The notes under the pieces were generated by a model, which did not search any database, was not told where the DNA came from, and saw only the letters and a program-made list of their open reading frames with translations. Below are positions 1-12,190 of a stretch of 64,000 nt of DNA, piece after piece. Source of the stretch: Tubiluchus corallicola (lineage: Eukaryota; Animalia; Priapulida); contig JAQGDQ010000183.1 of assembly GCA_030141605.1 (NCBI GenBank), positions 1 through 64,000 on the forward strand, written 5' to 3'. Every line of letters begins with the position of its first letter. Within the stretch, counting starts at the first letter, position 1. A program made the position numbers and the translations under genes.

Positions 1-18
1 ATTCGATTCGCTTTCTAG

Positions 19-537
19 CAGTGGTGGTTCATGTATAGGTGCTGTGGAACTGCAGCACCATTAATTTTCGCTCAGTGTTATCAGTAATATTCAGTACAAT
101 AAGTCTTTTTTCTTTAGTTCTTTCTTTATACTTGAACGGAACCAAAGCACATGAGGGGTAGTATTGTTTGCTTCACAGCCCAGCACAGTGCGCTCCAGTA
201 ATGCGAGTGTTCGGCTGTTGTGTACACGCAGCCAAAGCGCATATCTAGGCGCAAGTAGAAAGAAATGCACTGCCCTCACACAATTTGTTGTTAGTTGTCA
301 CATGCTCACCATGAATGGACCAAGTTTGACCGGTGACAATTTATAAGTATAATGGCAAAAATATTTTTTTGTTTAGGATTTTATCAAGTTTACGTATAAA
401 CTTTGAAAGTTCGTTTGTTTGTTTAAAATTACAATGAGCAAAAATAACATTAAAATAATGTATGTTTGTTCGTATTAAAACAATGGTTAAATTTTTTCTG
501 AAGCAGCACCTCCACTACGAAGCATGAGCCACCACTG
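19..537 (+). mobile_element. hAT-like MITE, family A (CAGTGGYGGYTC termini)
   Basis: TIRs CAGTGGTGGTTCATG / CATGAGCCACCACTG; internally similar to copies at 17557-18096 and 54295-54784; TSD degenerate here. Confidence 0.75.
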
Positions 538-656
538 GCTTCTGACAGAGAGTGCTGACTCTTATGCAATCACAGTTACAATATCTGTCTACCTATAAAA
601 CTGTTTGCGCATTTCGCAGAAGTTGAGACAACATTCTACCTGTATAAAAAATTTTG

Positions 657-805
657 ACCAGACGGTTTAGTCTAGTGGTAATGCGTCTGCTTTCCATCTG
701 GGAGGTCGTGAGTTCGAACCAGTAGCCGGGTCATACCATACCAAATGGTACCTGCTGTTGCTCTGGCTGACGTGTGGTATTTAGGGTAAAAGTGGGGTAA
801 TAAAG
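657..805 (+). mobile_element. tRNA-derived SINE head and core
   Basis: A box TAGTCTAGTGG, B box GTTCGAACC, then GGGTCATACC...AAATGGTAC core; related copy at 26818-26960. Confidence 0.7.
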
Positions 806-1466
806 GAAGTACATTTGCCAGTTCAAGAACTGGAAATGGTCTAGCGTTACCATCATATGGCTTGTGAGGCTTTCATGTGACATCTGATGCCAAGTAAACT
901 CACACCATTCAACTCATACCATCTTAAAATTTTCAGATCATCTTTCAGCGTACATTATTGAAGCTTTCGTGTTCTTTATCAAAGGTAAAGTGACCAACCC
1001 ATCCCTTTTCCCAAAAGCCAAAATGACCGTTAAGCGTGCTAGCTTGATTTGCCTTCTTGAGTTTTACCGTAGAATTTTATAAGACTTGCTTTGCAGATGT
1101 CACAGTCACATTTTAAGCCCCCCACGCCACCCCCAAGTGCTACAATTGCTTTAAAAATGCTTTAGTACCGCTTAGCGATAAAAATTTAAGTGAGTACTGT
1201 TGGAGTCCCAATTCGGTTTTTTGGCAAATGTCCAGTGTAAAAACAGCCTTAGATGAGCACATATACAACACATGCATTTTTGATACTCATACATATCAAG
1301 AAGTTGTGCTTTTATCAACAGTTCCATTACCTAGTTGTTTTAATCTGAACAAGATCAGTTAGTTTGCCAGAAGGCTTCTGAACAAGATCAGTTAGTTTGC
1401 CAGGCCTTCTCTTATTCTAGTTTTCGTGATCTGTTGTGCCATCAGAACATGCTAGAAGCTATTTAC

Positions 1467-1560
1467 CTGAGAAATTTGCGAACACGTTAGCGTACGCTGA
1501 AAACTCATTCGCTTTCAACCACTGGCATGCCACGTCGGCCGAACAGTTAGGCGACAACTG
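1467..1560 (-). CDS. Exon: first half of SAM domain, TFCP2-like paralog
   Basis: QLSPNCSADVACQWLKANEFSAYANVFANFSG; AG/GT boundaries, 94 nt. Confidence 0.85.
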
Positions 1561-3327
1561 CTGAAAATGACAAAAAAGAGAATCCACAAATAATTTCGCA
1601 TTAGGAAGGTTTCCCCGGGATGAGGAAATGGCCGATTGGTGTGCACGTAAATCAAGCCTGGTGAGTGAAACAATGAGTAACCACTAGGAAAACTGACTCT
1701 GCTCCGTTTAATCAGCCACACTATCTTCTTCTGTTTTTCCCACTCGGGTGGAAAAGAATGCTTGTAGGTACAATGCAAAACATGGCTTCACCTCTGTCAG
1801 GTCAGTGTCATCTTACATGCTTATTCTTGTTAGTTAAAGGGCTGCTGTTGAACGTTAGGCAACTGCCCGGTTTGCAGATTGCCAAACTCTAAAGAAAATA
1901 GATTTGATTTTAACTACTAAACTAATGTACAATCAATGTTGCATGCATTATAGATGACCAATAATAAGCCTCTCTCCTGCATTACTGTTTTAAATTCTAA
2001 ACAAGCATTAAATAACCAATAATAAGCCTCTCTCCTGCATTAATGTTTTAAATTCTAAACAAGCATTAAATAACCAATAATAAGCCTCTCTCCTGCATTA
2101 ATGTTTTAAATTCTAAACAAGCATTAAATAACCAATAATAAGCCTCTCTCCTGCATTACTGTTTTAAATTCTAAACAAGCATTAAATAACCAATAATAAG
2201 CCTCTCTCCTGCATTAATGTTTTAAATTCTAAACAAGCATTAAATAACCAATAATAAGCCTCTCTCCTGCATTACTGTTTTAAATTCTAAACAAGCATTA
2301 AATAACCAATAATAAGCCTCTCTCCTGCATTACTGTTTTAAATTCTAAACAAGCATTAATTAACCAATAATAAGCCTCTCTCCTGCATTAATGTTTTAAA
2401 TTCTAAACAAGCATTAAATAACCAATAATAAGCCTCTCTCCTGCATTACTGTTTTAAATTCTAAACAAGCATTAAATAACCAATAATAAGCATCTCTCCT
2501 GCATTACTGTTTTAAATTCTAAACAAGCATTAATTAACCAATAATAAGTCTCTCTCCTGCATTACTGTTTTAAATTCTAAACAAGCATTAATTAACCAAT
2601 AATAAGCCTCTCTCCTGCATTACTGTTTTAAATTCTAAACAAGCATTAAATAACCAATAATAAGTCTCTCTCCTGCATTACTGTTTTAAATTCTAAACAA
2701 GCATTAAGTAAGCAATAATAAGCCTCTCTCCTGCATTACTGTTTTAAATTCTAAACAAGCATTAATTAACCAATAATAAGTCTCTCTCCTGCATTACTGT
2801 TTTAAATTCTAAACAAGCATTAATTAACCAATAATAAGCCTCTCTCCTGCATTACTGTTTTAAATTCTAAACAAGCATTAAATAAACAATAATGAGTCTC
2901 TCTCCTGCTTTACTGTTTTACGAAAGACACAAACCTGTTTGGATTGTTAACTTACGGACAAGACTATGCAGCGATACAAGGACTGTCAAACAAAATAGAG
3001 TATCATCTAGACCGCAACGAGAACCCTTTAAGAAGCAGAATTTTTTATTCACAATCAACATGATTTGTGTGCCCAGTATGTCAATACTGTTACGATTATT
3101 CCATGGAAGTGCTTGTGACATTTACATCTTAATACTATGCTGTGTAATTTTTTTTCCAAGCTATGCATTATACAAATGCACAGTTATGTGCCAAATGTAC
3201 TAAAATATTTTTTTTGCAGCTGTTGTTATGAAGGCTTCTCCTTCTCCAAACCCACCTCTTTTGCAAATGATGTCTCGCCGTTCGGAGTGAGGCACGTTTC
3301 ATCATCATTCACTGATTGTCCATCCAT
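1467..3327 (-). CDS. Truncated TFCP2/LSF-like paralog (SAM-domain region, no DNA-binding domain); 3' part outside the window
   Basis: Exon 3327-3256 (MDGQSVNDDETCLTPNGETSFAKE|gtgggt) joins in phase 0 to exon 1560-1467 (ttttcag|QLSPNCSADVACQWLKANEFSAYANVFANFSG|gtaaat). The second exon has 17/32 identity and the same 94-nt length and phases as the TFCP2 SAM exon 33443-33350. Confidence 0.75.
1957..2920. repeat. 58-bp minisatellite, ~16.5 copies
   Basis: Unit ACCAATAATAAGCCTCTCTCCTGCATTACTGTTTTAAATTCTAAACAAGCATTAAATA. Confidence 0.95.
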
Positions 3328-3350
3328 CTGCTTCAAAGGTAATCGACCAT
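3256..3350 (-). CDS. Exon with probable start codon (ATG 3327), TFCP2-like paralog
   Basis: ttttcctgctgcag acceptor, GAG|gtgggt donor, open frame phase-compatible with the SAM exon. Confidence 0.6.
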
Positions 3351-4382
3351 CTGCAGCAGGAAAATATCTTCATTAACAGGTAATCAATTTAGCACGCTAG
3401 CAAATGCAGTCTATTGTAGACAAAAAGCTTTTATCTCACCTACAGGTTGTCCCTAAACTGCAGTTTTATTACAGAAACTTATATATTGGAGCTTGAATGG
3501 CAGTGTTGTGGATGCATTGTACAAAACTAGAGTTCTAAAACTGTAGGATGCCCTGTACAATTTGTACGATGTGGTTATTGATTAAATGAACCTACATTTA
3601 TTCATTATATATAAAAAAAACAGACGACAATGATGAGCATTTTAGCATGATTACTTATTCAGCGAACTTCATGTGGAGCTTCAGTGGATGCCAACAAGTG
3701 GGTGGGTAGCAAGTACATCTGTCCCAGTCTCTTCCGTAGCTCAGATGAACTGAAGCTTACTGGTGATTAAGAAACAAAGAAACAGTGTTATGACCCACTT
3801 GCTGATTCTAATTTATGGGCCATGTTGGCTTCACACACCTGAATTCTGTAACTTGATTTTGACCTAGTTAGGGAGTTGTTATAGATTTGTTTATAAATCT
3901 TTTATTCAAGCAATAAAAAAATTACATTTACACCCATTGCAGACGGTGGTCAAAATAAAAACGAATTCATTAAATTCCTGGAGATACCCTCTGTTTGCAC
4001 ATTGTCATAGAGCTGGAAGTGATGTCAGTAGGGATAGCAGCTCTGTGTTTTTGTTTTGTTATTTCTGTTCACCGATAATGAATTAAGGAATAATGTCACA
4101 AATGCATCTCTGTTTGTTTAGCGTGACTTTGTGTTCTACTCCAACTCACAACAATAGCAAAAATAAAGGTCAACTGGGTGACCCAAAAAAGTGTAAAAGA
4201 AAAATGCCATCTTACTTTAAATTATCAGCATTGGATTTGAAAGTTTGCATATCACTAGCGTGATGTCGTGGCTTATTATCCTTTTACAAGTGATCAGAGA
4301 GTTCCATTTTGTCTGAAAATTCAGTCTGTCTTTCTCAAATGTAGTCTGATGCATCTAGGTTGGTTTAATTTAAACTCTACTC

Positions 4383-5020
4383 ACACATTCACTGTTACAA
4401 GACATTAAATTTCAAGTTCTATCAATGCACTTGGGTTGGATTTCCATCAGGGTTACTTGTTTTACTTCTACACTGACACGTTGACTGTTACAAGACATTA
4501 AATTTCAAGCTCTATCAATGCACTTGGGTTGGATTTCCATCAGGGTTACATGTTTTCTTTCTACACTGACACATTCAATGTGACAAGACATTAAATTTCG
4601 AGTTCTATCAACACACTTGGCTTGAATTTCCATCAGGGTTACTGGTTTTACTTTTACACTGACACATTCACTGTGACAAGACATTAAATTTCAAGTTCTA
4701 TTAACACACTTGGCTTGGATTTCCATTAAAGTTACTTGTTTTATTTCTACACTGACACGTTCACTATGACAAGACATTAAATTTCAAGTTGTATCAACAC
4801 ACTTGCCTTGGATTTCCATTAAAGTTACTTGTTTTATTTCTACACTGATACATTCACTGTTCACAGACATTAAACTTCAAGTTCTATCAACACACTTGGG
4901 TTGGATTTCCATCAGAGTTACTTGTTTCACTTCTACACTGACACGTTCACTGTGACAAGACATTAAATTTCAAGTTCTATCTACACACTTGCATTAGCTT
5001 GGAGTACATCAAAGTTACTT
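4383..5020. repeat. 93-bp minisatellite, ~7 copies
   Basis: Unit ACACATTCACTGTKACAAGACATTAAATTTCAAGTTCTATC...CTACACTG recurring at 93-bp spacing. Confidence 0.9.
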
Positions 5021-5321
5021 GATTTGCTCCGATCATAACTCATCCAATGCACTGACACCTGTATGTGATCCTGTAAAAATCATTTAAGTAAAAAATTAGT
5101 AAATTAAAACAACACATTGGAATAACTTTGATAGATTTTTTAATCATTTTGTCACTAGTAAGTTATAAGTTATAATTAAATGGCAATAACGATGTTGTTC
5201 GCCCAGCTAACGGAAATTGCGGTCAAAAAGGTGCTCAAATCTGCCACAGACCAGCTTCAGACAAGTTGTTAGCGGTAATTAGTCGCTTACATAAACAAAT
5301 ACTTGATGCTGGCATACTTAC

Positions 5322-5640
5322 TCTCGATCTGACCTTAATATCACTACAGCAAAAATATCTGAACGTAATCGAATCAGTCCGTGTGGCAGCTTCTGATCCG
5401 GCTGAAGCTGGAATAGCGGCGGCCTACATATTTTAATGCAACAGGCGTTCCCAGCCGAGCTGTCGTGCGTTATTGTAAACGCTGCAAGAGATTTAATTGT
5501 GCGTGTAGAAGTTTCAGCTCTGCTAACAGTTCTGACTGAGTTCAAGATGTATCGTTTCCAAACGTACTGCGTTTGCTACAGTTAATAGTAGAACTTCGTC
5601 TCGTCGGATTTCAGTTACGAAATTTAATACAGATTCGAAA
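5322..5640 (-). other. Candidate non-coding first exon of the TFCP2-like paralog
   Basis: Strong donor GAGA|GTAAGT at 5321; CpG-richer than flanks; in-frame stop upstream of ATG 3327; 5' end not defined. Confidence 0.45.
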
Positions 5641-5664
5641 GTTTGCTAATTACTTAACTACTAT

Positions 5665-6014
5665 CAGGGCCTATTTCAGCCTAAGCGAGGCCCGGGGAAG
5701 TGGGACGCGTGAGGGCCCATCTGGGAGGGGGGAGGCGCTACCATGGTTGGCGCCCAGACAATTTTTGAACTGCTAGAACGCCGGAGAAGCATTTTCGAAG
5801 AGAAAATATGGAGTTATACAGTTGTTAACGGAAAGAACAATTGAAAGAAAAACTGCTTTATTCTCAGACCAGTCCTTACTACTTGTCAATACTGGCAAAC
5901 GGCGCGCCTGCGACAAGAGAGAGAGGGAGAGAGGAGGCAGTATGTTCGCATAAAGCAAACGAAAATCTTGGCGCGAGGCCCCCCACTCCCCCCCCCCCCT
6001 TGAAATAGGCCCTG
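5665..6014. mobile_element. hAT MITE with 8-bp TSD
   Basis: Perfect TIR CAGGGCCTATTTCA/TGAAATAGGCCCTG; TSD ACTACTAT at 5657-5664 and 6015-6022. Confidence 0.92.
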
Positions 6015-6436
6015 ACTACTATGGCCAGACACTGCAATGTTAATACCATCATTATAAAGGATTTAGTCAAAAAATACAAGCGTGTGTACAAATGAAGCCC
6101 TATAATAGCAAAGCAAACGTTTTTTTCTGTAAACGTATTTATTTATTATCAGAATGAACAAAAAGCCCGTAGGCTTAACTTTAAATCTCTTCTGATGCAT
6201 ATCGAAATTGACTATCCATTTCACTGCTTGAACCAACACCATCAAAATTAGTGAAGGTTTCTAAGTGTTAGAAAAAAAGGAACTTTAACAGCAAAGGTTT
6301 AGCAGTGTTGCACAAATTACGTAACATTATTACCTAATTGACATTTTTTCACATAAAGAATTAAAACAAACCACTTTTATTTTATCTACATTTTTTTAGT
6401 ACCACTAGGATATTTATTTATGCACAATATACTTAC

Positions 6437-6700
6437 CGTTTAGGCGACTGTGTCATTCTATCGTAAATGATCCAGGCATTCTTAAATTGAGTTAAAATAA
6501 TACGATTTTCTTGGTGGTGAAGATTCGCTTTGCTGTATTTTCTTAGCAGGGCCTTGAAGGTTGATTTCTTAAAATATTTTTAATACTAATAATTGTGTCA
6601 CTTCAACAATTTAGTACTCAGTAAGCCTTCGCTGAGACCTTGTTCGTTGTTTAGTCTGCACACATTGTGAAGCGGTTCTCGTATTGACTGTTGTTTAAGT
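6437..6700 (-). other. Second candidate upstream exon of the TFCP2-like paralog
   Basis: Strong donor ACG|GTAAGT at 6436; CpG-richer promoter-like region at 6600-7260; extent uncertain. Confidence 0.35.
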
Positions 6701-7369
6701 TTGCACTGGAAGGAACTGGTTGTAGGAAGTTCTGGCACGCTGCCAAGGTTTTTTCCACAGAGGAATTTCCTTTGCGAACGTGAATCACGCACGCGTACGT
6801 GGAGGTAATTCAGCTAATATCTGCCTTACACAGTTTAGAAGCGATCATGAATTTTATTGATGTGATTTTGTTAAAATAATGTTGTAATTTTATACGAAAC
6901 GCGTGCATAGTTTCGCGACCAACTAGAGTAGTAGCAGCAGCAGCTGAAATGACACAGATAATTCGTGACACGGCAAATGCGGCAGAGTCTAACGGGAAGA
7001 AAGGGCATAAGTGTGGCACTTTTCCTAATATAATTTACCATGCCTGTGTGCTTTTATTATCTGCGTCGTTTTACGTATATTTGTTAAAAGTAATTTGGTT
7101 ACAAAGGGTGAATAGATCTAGGGATAGGCGAGGGGCATCTCATACAGTTGTTCTGATGATTCCTTATTCTCGTTTGTCAGTGCGTATCATCAGTTGCGCA
7201 TGCGCGATCTTTTTTAGTAAACGATGAGCTCCTTTATAATTTTGCGGCTTTCGTTATTTTCTGGCTGCAACTGCGATGCTCGACTCTCTCCGCCAATTAA
7301 AGGCAGGCACCTTTATAGGGTGCAAAGAGTAAAATGATTGCTGCTGTTGGTGCGTTAAAGTCTGTTTAT

Positions 7370-7707
7370 TGTAGTGGTTATAGCTCTTTGCTGATTATTG
7401 TATGGCGCGTGAGACAGCCACGATGGGCATTGCAAACTATCAAGACTTTATTTAATAAACTACATATTTATTAAATATCAAACTCAAGACGGTAAATATA
7501 GGAAGATAGTCATGCCAGACCTCCGTCTTCAAGTCAGTTCCTAATCTGCCCGACGTGCGGGCCTCAAAACACTTTTGTCTAACTACCTAATGCGCCATGA
7601 GCTTCTGCGCATAAGGATTACATCATCAATCTTAACTTCTGAGTCAGCCGGTCGAACATCAGCTGATCACGTGCTATGCCACACCTAACTAGGCTTCTAG
7701 CCACGAC
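7370..7707. mobile_element. Possible solo LTR
   Basis: TGTAGTGGTTA...TAGCCACGAC imperfect inverted termini, internal AATAAA-like signals; no clean TSD. Confidence 0.35.
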
Positions 7708-9344
7708 GATAATTTACTCTTACATCGTCAAGCATTTAATCTTAAGTTATTAATTTAATAGTTTAATCACCAGTTTAATCAAAATCACTATTTAAAATAG
7801 CTTCCTTTACTCAAAGTCTATTTTTCAGTAACGCTAAACTTTTGGTCGTCTTTTCCCGCTTTAATAGGCTGATTTGTAGCTCTCCTCATAGCTGATTTCG
7901 TATGGAAGTCGGTTTCGTAAATAATTTATCAAGTTTTATTTTAGATTCTAATCTTAGAAGAATAACACGATCGTTTGCTCAACTGCTTCACGTTGCTAAA
8001 ATCTCAGCAATACCAAATTACCCGCTATAATAATAATCTTCCATGTGGCTGACGAATAATTTAACAATGACAAGTAACTGTTCACATAAACAAAAACGAT
8101 TTTGTGCTGTTCTTTTTGTTTTTGTTGTTGTTGTTGTTAATTAGGTGGACATTAAGCTTTAATTAGAGCTTTCTTAAACTACTGAATGAAGATTTATTTC
8201 TCGTAATGATAGAAAGCTTTATTTCATTCTTTTATGACCCACTTTCGTTATTTTTACTGGAGCTATAATTTGTTCAATTTATCTGCAATTGACGTACTTC
8301 GATATTGCTTTAATTTTTTGTTGGTTATTCCTATGAAGTCTCTCTCTTGAGTTAAATCCAAATTTTTGTTTTTGCTACTTTGTTAATGTACATATTGTTT
8401 CATACCATTTGCCATATTTATTGATTTATGTTGCCACTTAATTATAAACTCACCTGAATTCATTGTCCTAATATCTCCCTAGTTATTCATCCTTGTGTTT
8501 TATTTTTATTTTTAATACGTTGATTATTATAATTTTCCTTGTCTGTACTTGTCAGGTTATATAATTTCCTTTAAATTTGGATAGAGGTACTTGACCTGGT
8601 GATGATTTACTCATGACTTGACATTACTTCATTTTTTTCCTTCTTATGTTGGTTTGAGTTCTTGATTTATATGTAATTACTAGTTTCGTTTTTGATGAGT
8701 TCAGATTTTCTGTTTTGTTTGCTAATTTAAATTTTGCCTCTTCTCATTGCCAAATTATTTACTGCTTCTAAATTTAAACTCATTTGAACTTGTGGCCTCT
8801 TTTTTTTGTTTTGTTAAGTTGCTGATTACTTTCATTTGTACGTATCTTACTTGACAGGTCACTTAATTTTCTTCAGTTTGGATAGGGGTGGTTGACTTGG
8901 TGACCCTTGGTCTTTCCGCTGCCCCGTCTCTTTTCCGTCTTTATTTTAGTTTTTAGCTTTTGTTTATGTTTATTTTGTAACATTCAGAGACAAATAATTT
9001 TTTTACTTACTTACTTATACCTGTACACGCCATAACTTACAATCGACCCACTTTTTCATGCTTTATCGACTGACGTACTACGTATCAGACATAAAAAAAC
9101 GTATAAAAAATGATGACAACTTATCGTTGAATTAGGGGGTGTCTAAAATCTCATGCCTGTAAAAAACAGGAAACCTGTCGTATGTTCGTTATGAGGAAAT
9201 TATGATGGTTTCTCTTGAATATAAAACAATATCGACCGTAAAAAGTCGTTTCAATTAGTCCCTTTTCTTAAAAAAGCTAAGCGTAAACGGCTTGCCCCAA
9301 AACCTGTGTTAGATCCGCCACCGTATGTCCTAGAAATCAACAGG

Positions 9345-9625
9345 CTGGAATGTTCAGGTACATTCTGTTACGCATGCGCGGGAAGCGTGTGGTAGGCTGG
9401 AGAAACCAAGTCGTCAGACAAGAGTAATCTGTTACGCATGCGCGGGAAGCGTCTAGAAGGCTGGAGAAACGAAGTCGCCAGGCAAGAGTAATATGTTACG
9501 CATGCGCGGGAAACGTCTAGAAGGCTGAAGTGACGGACCGCCAGGTAAGAATGTTCTAGTCTAGATTTCTCGTACATTCCAAGTGAGTATTTTATAAACA
9601 CAGCGATTGCTGAAGTTATCAGTAT
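9345..9625 (+). promoter_or_regulatory. Heat-shock promoter: HSEs, 3 NRF1-like sites in a 64-bp repeat, TATA box, Inr
   Basis: GAAtgTTC at ~9348 and ~9549; TTCtcGTAcaTTC 9567-9579; TCtaGAA motifs; TACGCATGCGCG x3 (units start 9367, 9431, 9495); TATAAA 9593-9598; TCAGT 9619-9623. Confidence 0.8.
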
Positions 9626-9732
9626 TCACGTAGTTTGCGAAAAGACAGAAGTGCTTTACATAACGAAAACTTGTATTCTTAGTTATTATATTCTAGTAAA
9701 CTGTTTATTTATACTGAAATTGAAATAACAGC

Positions 9733-10284
9733 ATGTCTTGGTTGGTGCCATTCGACTTTGACATGTATTATACGCCGGCTAGCACCATGAATCATGCTTT
9801 GGACAGATTTCAACGTGATATGCGTCGGTTTGAAAGAGATGTCTTGGGTGAAATGGACGTGATGAATCGTATGCGACCTGCCCGACAACATGATTTCATT
9901 ACTGAACCAGGTATGGTCCCGGGCATTGGTCCCGGCCTTGGTTCCAGGTATGGAATGATGACGAGAGAGGTCACTGATCAGCACGGACAGAAGAGCTTGA
10001 ACATAGACTTCAACATGAGGTCATACAAGCCAGAAGAAATCAAGGTCTCTGTCGATGGGAGGACCCTGTGCGTGGACGCCAAGCACGAAGAAGAGATGGA
10101 AAACGGTAGGATACATAAGGAATTCCATAGAGCTTTTACACTGCCTGACAACGTGGAGTTGGAAAAGATGAAGTCCAATTTGGAGCAAGGCATGTTGTCC
10201 ATTCAGGCGCCGCTAGCTGCCCCTACCCCTGCAGTAGAAGCGGCAAAGAGCACTGCAATTCCGATAGAATTCGTGAAGAAGTAG
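9733..10284 (+). CDS. Small heat-shock protein (HSP20/alpha-crystallin family), 183 aa, intronless CDS
   Basis: Alpha-crystallin domain YKPEEIKVSV...AKHEE...EFHRAFTLPDNV...GMLSIQAP; C-terminal IxI motif IPI; AATAAA at 10875. Confidence 0.97.
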   Translation: MSWLVPFDFDMYYTPASTMNHALDRFQRDMRRFERDVLGEMDVMNRMRPARQHDFITEPGMVPGIGPGLGSRYGMMTREVTDQHGQKSLNIDFNMRSYKPEEIKVSVDGRTLCVDAKHEEEMENGRIHKEFHRAFTLPDNVELEKMKSNLEQGMLSIQAPLAAPTPAVEAAKSTAIPIEFVKK

Positions 10285-11629
10285 CCACAACCACACTTCT
10301 GAATTCTGAATCTTAACTGATTTTTGCACAAAAGTATTAAGATAGTGAACTATATTTTCTGTTCTTGTTGATTAGTGAACATATAACTGTTTATTGTCAT
10401 AGATTTAGCATCAGTAGGACTAAGAGAAATTAGTTACAGTTACATACTGTTGGTGTGAAATTATTAGGTTGAAATTGAGTTCAGATGAGTAGTGGCTAAT
10501 GATTATCTGCTAGCTGTTTTGTGTCACGTGATCTCCTTGATCTTTTGTGAGATGTTTATTTTTTAAATTAGCCTAGAGCTAGTCAGTTTTGACACCAATC
10601 TATAGGTAGCAGCGTCTATGACATAGTAATATTATTTACTTCTCTTTTGGCTTAAATACATAAATGTTTGACCTACAATTTTGTTATTAAACCAAATTTC
10701 GGTTGTAATTTGTATAATATTATCAAAGTGTATTTCAAACTGTGACCAAAACATTTATTTTGCCGTGTCAGTGTTGTTTTATTATCCTATTCTGCCTTTC
10801 AGAGCTTAGTCTCTTGTACTATTACTATGTGTTCTATGAAAATTTAAATTTTATCAGAAATTATCTTATTGTGTAATAAAATAACTGTAAATTAATAATT
10901 CCATCTTTACTCGTTTGAAATTCATTTTGTAGTTTTTGTCGACTTACTGTTCGGTAGCATGAACTTTTAACTTTGGATAGATTTTTTTAATGCAGATTAA
11001 GGAAAAAACTTTGCCACTGGTACATTAATAGATACCATCTCTGGATAAACAAGTTTTTTTACACATGAAAAGGCTCTGAGAAGCTCACAATGCTGCAAAA
11101 AAGAAATTAATGTCGCTATAATAAGTTAAAAAATTGGAGAATTATTTTCTGACAGCCAGAAAATTTGTGAAGAAACAATCGTTATTAAAGGGGAACTTTT
11201 GCTTCATCATACTTTTTCATCTTAGGTGGCACCACATTTTGCACAACATTTTGTGCACACCAAGAATGTTTACAGTTACCTGCTATGCCATTACACAATA
11301 TATATTAAAGATGTATCAGAAGCTAGCAAGTGCATTTCAAATTTATAATGCTGAACAGATGTTTGCACAGAAGTCTATTATTAGTTATTCATAAAATCAT
11401 GATATTTGATAACTAAATCAAGATTTTAGACCGAAAGGATCTGGAAATGTGCCGAACGACTCTTGTTCACTGATTGAGTACCAAAGGCTTTTTTTATTTA
11501 AAAACTATTGACATTCCATTTGCAGATGTTACGTGGCCATTGCGTATTTTATACAGTTTGACACAATTCAGTGCAACTCCCAATCCAACACTCAGCATTG
11601 ATATATGTGGTGAAACTTGGCTTATCAAG

Positions 11630-12050
11630 GTTAAAGGAAAGCAGGATGATTTTTCCTCCTACCCATTTTGATGTACAGCAAATAGTACGCATTTTAAGAC
11701 CTGTACTAATTCAAAAGCATTTCTGGTAATTAAATAATAGGTAAAGACTTAATTAACGGCTGATGAGTGATACGTCACAATTGAACATAATTTTCAGCCA
11801 CACAAACATTCCACGAGTGTGTCGTGCACGTTCGTGAAAGCGAAAACTGAAACATAGAGTTGCTCTTACTATACAACGTTCAGTGTAATATACAAAAACT
11901 TGGCAAACTTTAAATTCAAACATACAGCCGTGCTCACTCTTGACCATGTAACAGCGAAGAACTAGCCATGTGAACGCATTCATTTTCTATCTGTGGTAAT
12001 AATTCTTTCACGTAGGTCATTCTTGAAAAAATATTTCAAATTTTCGGACG
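11630..12050 (+). mobile_element. Abundant TTAAAGG-ended non-autonomous DNA element (Kolobok-like), family B fragment
   Basis: Terminus TTAAAGGAAAGCAGGATG matches the inverted end at 14620-14650; related pieces at 14040-14650, 23530-24130, 30720-31350, 37310-37920, 38930-39520, 60660-60960. Confidence 0.6.
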
Positions 12051-12190
12051 TTAACAAGCAGACAATGTTTACGGATATTCCCTGGTCATACAGCATTTTC
12101 CTCTTCGTCTTTCTGTTCTACTTCCTATGTGTATAATTGGGTATTCTCTTAAACTGTGCTAATCTCAAATTGTAGTTCACTTGAAATTAA

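Noticed and set aside
593-639. Possible next or terminal exon of the TFCP2 paralog (GRMLSQLLRNAQTVL*)
   Set aside because: Phase fits, but there is no convincing similarity to GTDLLRLGREDL; not called
657-735. Functional tRNA gene
   Set aside because: Stems are imperfect and it continues into a SINE core that has other copies in the window
1515-1778. 87-aa ORF as a gene
   Set aside because: No recognisable motif; the real exon overlaps it in a different frame
1957-2920. Tandem arrays (also 29015-29375, 40681-41341, 44139-46048) as CRISPR arrays
   Set aside because: Whole units repeat with no unique spacers; eukaryotic intronic context; no cas genes
8300-8960. Degenerate LINE ORF1-like tract with an internal direct repeat
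   Set aside because: Too decayed to assign from the sequence alone
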